From positions 1 to 64,000 of IMG/VR virus record IMGVR_UViG_3300034418_006779: a stretch of 64,000 bases of DNA; one strand, 5' to 3'. Of the stretch, positions 61,301-64,000 are shown piece by piece. The position numbers and the translations under genes were made by a program. Under the pieces are notes generated by a model. That model was not told the DNA's origin and did not search any database. It saw nothing but the letters and a program-made list of their open reading frames with translations. The DNA comes from a virus. Every line of letters begins with the position of its first letter. The stretch's first letter is position 1.

Positions 61301-64000
61301 GACATGGACGATGTTTCGTTCTTTGCTGCTTCTTCTAAAGGGAATAAAGGCGGTGCGGTTACGTATCAGTTCTTTATTGATAGTTTTAATCGTAGAAAAA
61401 TTAAGCTTGAGCGTGAGATGAATGTACTCTCTAAGGAGAGAGATCACCATGCCACAGCAATTGATAGAAAAGCATTCATTGAACTTCGAGTTCGTCAGAT
61501 TCAACAGGCAATTAATATTCTTAATGGACGGATAGAGCTCTTAAGACCTTTGACTAAGATTAGGAGTTTGAAAACCGAATTGAATAAGGATGTTACTATA
61601 CTGGAGAATTTAATTGGAGCTAATAAAAATCCAACTCTTCACGATTTAGAATTAGCTAGAGAGATTATTGAGTTTTGGAAAGTAGTAGGTAACTACTCAG
61701 GAGAAGAACATCCGTTCTTTGATGAGTCAGAGTTGATATCTATTAGAGAGCAGAAGCCCCCTAAAGGAAAGCGAATGAACGCCATGCAACAAGAGCGCAC
61801 GAAGCAGACTTTAGATAGAGCTATAAGTAATATGCAGACTTACCAAGGTATTCTACTTAGCAGATACAAAGACATTATTGATGATAGGAATAAGAAAACT
61901 TATGGAGCAGATCATGATATTAATTGGAATGACTTTATTAAAGATGTATCTGGAGTTGAAGCTCAGTTCTTAGATATTTCTCAAACAGATAATGAAGTAC
62001 TTCATCTATTGGGTGAGGCTGTTAAGGATGCTAACTGGAGAGCTAAAGTAGAATCGAATAAGATTGTAGCAGAAGTTGATGAAATGTTAGACAAACTGAG
62101 AGACTGGGCGAGCACAAGAGATGTAAGTTTGAATGAGGCTTTCGAAAGTTTGGCACAAACATTCTCTAATGACCATGATGAAAGAACCGGTAACTTGGTT
62201 GAGTTCGCTACATACGAATGGAGAAAAGAATTGCTACGTAAGAGACGATGGGCACAGCGACAAGGTACAATTGACGCAAGAAGTGCGGCAGAGTTCTCAC
62301 GCTTTGGTACCACAGGATTTGAAACAGAAAACGTACAGATATTCGACGACTCTCGTTATAGGGTGGAACAAGCCTATAGAGATAAAATGAATGATTTGTT
62401 TGGTGAGGAGGTTGCTCAAGATTTGTCTAACCAGGCTCGGGCATTAAGAGGTGAGTTTAGACGAGCTAAAGATGGATTTATCAGATTCTTAGATGGATTA
62501 ACTCTTACTACTGAGCAACGGGATCTTAGAATGAAGATGTGGGAATTTGAAAACGATCCAGAAGTTCATAGGAATATTTTAAAACACGGATACGTTAATA
62601 CAATTAAAGCAAACCAAATTGCTAAGATTAAAACAGGGAAGAAGTTTAAGTTGAGAAACGAAAAGAACTTCTTACCTATAGTAAGTGGTAAGTTTGTACT
62701 GACTGTTCCTAAATCTGCAGATCATGTAGATAAAAACTTCAAACGTTTATATAAACCTGAGAATAAACCTCTCTTGGATATGTATAAGTACGCAATAGAT
62801 AAGATTAATGAAATAAATGATTATCTTCCTGCGTATAAAACTAGGAATCTTCAAGAGAATACTCTCCCTTACATGTTACAGACTCATATCAATGAGTTCT
62901 GGCACGATCGTAAAAACCATGGTATGATCCATGCGAGTAAGGCTATCTGGGATCGCTTCCTTGTAGAAACAAGGCAAAGTAATTTTGATGAGGAATCATT
63001 TAGAATGAAAGATCCAAACGGCCAGCTGTCTGATGAGATTCAGGTTAGGTATATTAGAGGTAGAAAGAAGATTGATGACCATATTGACTTCAAAGTTACC
63101 GAATGGTTAGTTAACCAAGGAGATAGGAAGAAAGATGATGCTTATAAGAAAGACTTACAAGAGGTAAGAGCTGCTGCTGAAAGAGAGATCATAAATAAGT
63201 TGTCTGAAAAGCAAAGCTTTGACTTAGGACAAGTACTTAAAGCGTATGCTATTTTTGGTCTTAACTACAAGCACAAGGCTGCTACTGAGGATCTTGTACG
63301 AGCTGTAGGGTATGTTGTTGACAAATCCGATGAGGCTCCTACACTAGATGGAAGTGCCGCACCTGCTGGTGGGCGTATGAGAAATATTAAGACTATGGTA
63401 GATTCATACAAAGATTCTTTCTTTAACTATCGTCCTATAGACAAAAACTTTGTTAGTAAAAAGAAAGAAGTTCTCACTCAAGATGAGAAAAAAGAACGTG
63501 AAGAGATTAAAGGGTTGATAGACACATTGAAAGATGACATTGTTCAGATGGGTGCAGACATGAAGAACGATAAGCTTACTAAGAAAGAGAAGCGTGCATT
63601 GAAAAATAAGATTGACGACTATGAAGATAGAATCAGCCGTCTTGAAGATCAGTATGCTAGAATTGGTGGAAAATTTAAGAGCGCATCTTATATTGATTTG
63701 TTACTTAGATACACTCGACTCAAAGGTATGGCGTGGAACGTCCCTGCGGCGTTTAGCAACATTGCTTTTGGACTTGTAGCAGGCATGAATCAAGCAGCTG
63801 ATGGACGAGTCTACGGCGACAACGAATACTTCACAGCGCTTTCGATTGCACTCAATGGGGTAGGTAGAAACTGGAGCTTTGGTAAAAAGACAATATTGCA
63901 TAAAGCAGATGTTAGCGAGAAGATTAGAAACGCAATGGACCATCTTGATATCTTAAAAGAGACTAAGTATGAGATCTTTAGTAAGAGTAAAGAAGGTACC
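46370..64000 (+). CDS. giant virion RNA polymerase polyprotein, 3' end beyond the window (at least 5877 aa; absent from ORF track)
   Basis: ATG at 46370 (MAETTQNTNPVFDK). In the same frame: ADGQEY (55793), LQPMKPVY, MRIPNQGPNS (57221), MGSDFDVDKL (57332-57361). Still open at 64000. Frame spot-checked at many points, not codon by codon. Confidence 0.9.
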   Translation, partial: MAETTQNTNPVFDKILQQNRAQALHGASASKGLGTTLVDGPIYTGYDDPRMSLLTQSGWEQARRAIGGGLTLGALGAMKNTYQFAHDIGNFFETMFSSDKSMSDLLDMEQYSQSTIAKNLGEIIDEKREAFAIHKADPNDVFDWDDSGFYWQSVQGILDSAVQFALPGAGAVKAVGAIQKIPRLFSYFKKTEKLGQMLTASKSGQQIANSVGSGLLSNHIEGTSMASEIYNNTMKNFEKDIQKYRDSEGREGISLEEAKRRSAFSANSFREWNRLMFFTDAVQLHGLFKGKGFTRNLLDAKGFKESVGNLTKFNTKNPIYGFLKQGVTEAGEEIVQGISQRLHEDMAKGVDTPIGERLLDYVTDSELLYEGFLGFFGGGPQKIATQFAQEGDAVLTGKFFTKKYWNDKNAMYNQQQEIIKETNDYFKSELGRQMVGHNIAADAVIAGRPELGEIATNREFSRLATMHFEAGTTEVFEQHLDDIANNAEYRKENKYSDDDAANAKELLKELDRLEQQWMKTSRYAVDDKHQVRLFETNNIINSLEKLVGSQQEHIDKLTQNLNETIIDDAVEAANLKISNEKKDALRKILSIDEQGKLRAPVDELAEADLHPAHAKAVAEVFDTQSQVTDLKDQQAILDEMNSKLRDAKKDRANYNSFGYRKSYIEHKKRQEKRLKDKIKREEAAERKQRRADKKLKRAETSKKLKGKAKQLAKKGELKKEAKKIMDKAATKAKLAPENKKSEPLQTVDPATKQPVTPTQPTPNEYIGKERGTLLAERSKKEAVLSSSKPEEIMPVLDVLAEIGDALEELRAQPFQHSGKYEFAPPAHIKDALDEMINRSKRIILNEDTNEYELKDENGKVVRTYKRVSNVSNPDYDDSNKYAHHATQIGSALDLIARDFFSGNLKAWDTYLVADKFDKTKSYPVFKGKKEFEHYLHQLEDLKLVLKSKGQVIIDPGIVDGKTSEFKLADDENGVAGTVDLMTYDKEGNVYIYDLKSMRSNKLEGNDYYSRTHGRKKSDAETHQDQLSLYRILLANSTGLLAAELAVIPTVVGGYNPDGEVKVPSTVNILTKRFGPDVTSMVDFFVFMDPKDSVSGIELSPLRTFITTPPSTPIQVPPSTPQASEEEAEARADLAAVVGLTNKIDAELRKIDQDQEFHADAEEDLLEGLTKKEKEMLSKIRKKHSSFWVGSREELAKLVGTKQKKVDEFIEKLEQKGFLEFNDETVVLTLSDLPARFAARNGFSAIIEAAEDNFNGVIARIRKRLEKGEDYQVEFADLINFIQHQLEAVNSAISERQYDMYEMLYLHYVFVNKSRDFQKPQIPSYEEWLKQSIVPGADVKIDDQYDENTIDEVKNMSDFIKRFFELPDKKLGEQGTKAAVDKVAYLAREYFNEALTSEGFSAQEISDSLNEGKVHPDVFNRKKLLPGTKLKIKVNHNYTGVTKYHPELMGDLPTQETPQGRVVQWSDFIAKYPQGTLEYNMFVPLEIRTEDDRLIGWYHTVGFATKHTIKIKDGQTSDEAVEEAREAVIDARDIILNNLNSQGEFDAGGQLQIEETSIGQLLRPENKNRVRASEGIEEDLDIVVGRMTGQKASLRTGPSDKERVQQNRVHRMKGFKVIRGLTYLMFPVGTKEIKVGKKKTKRTVTTFAPVPLYKHKMGTTKANEEDQYSDIRSSIAKVIELFIDTSNENNMPLIREFEKQTGYNLRKWEHVKKYLEQFLYDRTIPAEYTEIIDFIKDSNLDDSKMVFALKFREDSNDKRAQLVLGSKLSADGSQFINLRRGDQFTEQHRALIEKHLKAMFFNTSLAAVKNNKPVFIIKKGKVEQIAKTYKEFVKSTSDVPFIGMKYTDENGETQHTYTAQRLLLMNSDSIMDYTAPETSATEAKQETVEQQRAKHELTYKPNRLKQKIDKYQFERIAKRLKELRSSDATLALYNQLVDVYRGIHDQIIIAKSHNVDVGNFISGDLETMVDPYMEEGLDVFTQEELTGLISYVQEYFAGTEKASLLDLIDYQNKIIRPAQDVAKAVETRHAYGIEFMDSLSYEAAKELSNLVSDMKKRYNENDEEIKPDDVGKLVMLMTKGLKTSISSANMTKLKTYLIDVIHDRAMSVEEIYTATESYTISPYGEEDIKAVEKEFKAEESTGAVSAVNPPSDEQEAADLAELDAIRAMFPNSDDESASLYGFTPAQQKFVDTHYVEGVDVLNQGAFIKNMLAELFDKVIYNPKGVKVKLEEYVPQLKYNTVNMRKDLRRKAAAIHEQIKSKYDADTYSMQQAAKDPDNAAQFSEILQLDARAKKLDLMIAGWDKIEGLLYERLTNTAGFKMSKDKSARKEVDLDTPAEHEGENVSSDEEMTESDFSKKKFDSLVGEVDPKASASPLLKMFLSTIPRSEIDPETGKAIGGFSWYKGTEYVDFDKVWGFLKETLANKWSDRKAMIEELENYTTSHPYVQHIIDLLQRDKTHAATLQPRILAELQNDPAYFTKYTNEQLEKMSWDRANYRVQKQMQLARQLIVAVRSTAINMYMVMAYSNLTGGDSYSRYKTIPANRNKVDKKVRDQWTINLKQTALYSPKSEFDATLYPNTSRIDALFNKYDNQYRKTLDHLVGFLSEIGVTLSDEVIADIIKWDGNIPLSGGEWVEAGELLSVLLSDKGLRPKMVNNLPLAASNPLNDGYIQSLSRLQAKHEQGLRPQSARINNKSIYEYTTTQFNADHLRELQEDGDMIANFSKSHFSAKSLWLQDSYDHTGGVMMIDEETGQPVSTGLGLHEMEFFTVSLNPYKEDWQTSSGNPVPLQDRNELQHELTKIAHFQEGFEGGSEFQTYEEGEPVRRRRTSLFYPTNSNKERATGFRGIKAIVSSFYGQENRIVLTDETLDVAMEQLVEPEFNRIVKIQSLIAAGDTPRIKAYAHGGQMFHFIPSLNNMEELWDEFGQLNTEALNDPKIQELVRDRVSKHLIKLGQKKYKFWKKAGIGATKEIETKSGNTIKKHFQGLDKFYMHKMFGANKNMTDQQRELAIQKAALDMEINYMIANANMYMLFIGDPALYFKPSMTKDLIKKYPDPIDFIRAYHSEVNDEYRINVVKDTFDNAGKRLAGDIAPGYELADTANPDFADDLEINYMFLGDVKIASVEKEYLKRLGLGDAYDGLEGADGQEYTHWSEHLKILYHLGRLTDDDYERITDKLDRGEDLNDSDLKTVLQPMKPVYVNNRWDEGLSTYIRTYVKTSAFPLLPQLTRDLEIDKLTQFLEERYQDPEALTIHRVPMMSGTKVGGFSDAVEFMNADGTFKTSEELAEAGAFNQDLHVITVPRQGFRIQQDVPYKEDKDEINRVSQAAKLLVVNMMGQKGFEPKRFIIDNRIYDLVPSIREFFIDDEGNEIDHDFSGEDMNKIYNAIFKYLYEEDMRGFVNEFMEENGEDLDWNKVKDVIRDEAIARNYPPTMVDAIDMFDDVAFLKFSPYALQFQALLNSIVNNRVLKKTMPGHSYVLGSEEGFRIQEGLTEDNLKNTEIIYTGSFNGKYLQPARYLTVENANEKEIADARKENRILKEEKDGVEVEYIVTEKGKKIMRGDQVFVAPRFKIEDKNGKERYIDLRETYSDGTYKWLNKDKNGRLTLKKSKFSKQALEMFGMRIPNQGPNSTAYIEIAGFLPKKMGDLIIAPRDFTARMGSDFDVDKLYCYQYYYSVNKSGKIVAYKGKNDKKRLKNALVNVHMTITSNPDENVQKAISTPLNEWRLGEIGNTILGFREKRFSERDPETGEVIPANESFSGISSEYQRTKYLNARAGKIGVGVFSQDSVFNAMLQQHRVTLMRQQTDDSWDDHFEKFGDQDSKLMYTTDTTDGTLTKMEVISAWQSAAVDDETLQILYKLNVNSTTMPVVRYMNQIGFVEETPWFLTQDAMFDYLDFLNQGMKRADAVSAVFKKYNIKFPDEAEKLKEFKNDLYEEANEIGLDKLKHMVENGPDSDDYTPEEYARIQGALFYKFLDFTKKGEDIGDLQRRLGRDTKTVGKNLIETLEILKPAENKSKMYKMANEEKLFNETIPGWIYMNALPLALKFDDIFQVQSPLIEEVYSFLDDAVRWTLPNDTREKIYKHMISYFFSLPKFGMFDGDVVSARERLFFDSRVTNGMLWDRMIEQQLQGLRDKISSRFVVGETTDNQAIEYVAASDTYIISSALDLNAVTSMMDRAAIFDEKSTKNSFIIKHWNKPTKKERNKAVNTDGKKGRLESTFNSDPTQLQKFVVAAKIYSLANQSEKIEAAHFKYALNNFIKLAQARDVNPVNNMSLASIFSNIMSHDYVRNNPFLIGMTADINEQGISKLTFNATEGTLMNERVYSEAFLNLFNDVRQPVLGVFNGIRYTPKLLGQELIKYAMLSGAKQEAIEFTKYIPPSILYNLPLASPDGRTIGDEVSNASLRDLDMFQNFKYQFLQHMSEHLIKVSSYSMDLDNYVKKGKKFNHKEDLLPAVIDKSRINFKDNNIKTEEGEFFIPHAFVTEEVATKKMVVYVSNRNNKYHKVDSLGVFGMREYDPSKQFAASTVNHAANTTTHVNFADNYSDDLVKWEKAQVLKPMEVEEFERLIDANLMSETATPSMAEVITATKKYTKFDFEKSMLETYAQMAILTGVEFSVNQPVEGTSRYDNETYYDPASNRVNINKDTLDKVTEILGSKGEAFKYLLMHELGHAFTKMFIHKHPSHRLTIQIKQLQQEFVRNLDKESDAWKELVEENAYIENTLTDIHEFIAYAMSDNKFQKVLAGMKRKNESMLNKFFRLIKGIIGDLARMLGVKINDTLLEITLTNVMQMQSLYAASVSDVDPDTGVSAFEQLTEGSNAGIVIYEMDGKMYEFTLDGVGVPISYRRGTDLTNLQSPRSYTGDRLVAKTKELYYDALKDGAMILGKTTESTQMSSEISKRPSIEETIAAMDRAGRIERDSEGNLTDVKALNGKSSKLFHSLTEIVPDAEQALREYANVTAYKGDWDQLELDSNGEPDLVELNDMDDVSFFAASSKGNKGGAVTYQFFIDSFNRRKIKLEREMNVLSKERDHHATAIDRKAFIELRVRQIQQAINILNGRIELLRPLTKIRSLKTELNKDVTILENLIGANKNPTLHDLELAREIIEFWKVVGNYSGEEHPFFDESELISIREQKPPKGKRMNAMQQERTKQTLDRAISNMQTYQGILLSRYKDIIDDRNKKTYGADHDINWNDFIKDVSGVEAQFLDISQTDNEVLHLLGEAVKDANWRAKVESNKIVAEVDEMLDKLRDWASTRDVSLNEAFESLAQTFSNDHDERTGNLVEFATYEWRKELLRKRRWAQRQGTIDARSAAEFSRFGTTGFETENVQIFDDSRYRVEQAYRDKMNDLFGEEVAQDLSNQARALRGEFRRAKDGFIRFLDGLTLTTEQRDLRMKMWEFENDPEVHRNILKHGYVNTIKANQIAKIKTGKKFKLRNEKNFLPIVSGKFVLTVPKSADHVDKNFKRLYKPENKPLLDMYKYAIDKINEINDYLPAYKTRNLQENTLPYMLQTHINEFWHDRKNHGMIHASKAIWDRFLVETRQSNFDEESFRMKDPNGQLSDEIQVRYIRGRKKIDDHIDFKVTEWLVNQGDRKKDDAYKKDLQEVRAAAEREIINKLSEKQSFDLGQVLKAYAIFGLNYKHKAATEDLVRAVGYVVDKSDEAPTLDGSAAPAGGRMRNIKTMVDSYKDSFFNYRPIDKNFVSKKKEVLTQDEKKEREEIKGLIDTLKDDIVQMGADMKNDKLTKKEKRALKNKIDDYEDRISRLEDQYARIGGKFKSASYIDLLLRYTRLKGMAWNVPAAFSNIAFGLVAGMNQAADGRVYGDNEYFTALSIALNGVGRNWSFGKKTILHKADVSEKIRNAMDHLDILKETKYEIFSKSKEGT

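Noticed and set aside
4954-64000. Stop-codon reassignment (TAG or TGA), common in some crAss-like phages
   Set aside because: Genes are full length in the standard code. TAG ends terL, the ring gene at 19752 and the endolysin, TGA ends several genes in ATGA overlaps, and no suppressor tRNA is seen.
46370-64000. Apparent 17.6-kb gene desert with many short ORFs in the track
   Set aside because: The short ORFs are antisense or off-frame shadows of one giant + strand ORF that has no stop inside the window.

Overview
This 64 kb window is part of a crAss-like (Crassvirales-type) podophage genome in the standard genetic code. The host is probably Bacteroidota, inferred from A-rich leaders without Shine-Dalgarno sites, a Q-rule signal peptide and gene order. 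Bases 1-4.8 kb are small leftward accessory genes with repeated upstream motifs and a hairpin-rich non-coding block. From 4.95 kb everything runs rightward. In order: wHTH and IHF-like genes; a translation/folding island (GroES-like, IF3-N-like/Zn-finger fusion, aberrant tRNA, full-length GroEL); TerL, portal, scaffold, major capsid; ring, auxiliary-capsid and tail proteins; a 2181-aa tail fibre; a lysis cassette with a PAS-domain gene between holin and endolysin; PD-(D/E)xK nuclease; ring and muzzle proteins; cargo proteins. The window ends in a giant ORF missing from the supplied track (46370 to beyond 64000, at least 5877 codons). It is a virion RNA polymerase polyprotein with the DFDVD catalytic motif plus embedded nuclease, winged-helix and zincin domains. 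The best candidates for novelty are the PAS sensor inside the lysis module, the IF3-N/Zn-finger + tRNA-like + GroEL/ES island, a stand-alone T9SS-CTD-like secreted protein, and a CCCTTTT -1 frameshift that fills an intergenic gap. All family assignments come from motifs and synteny read by eye; no searches were run.
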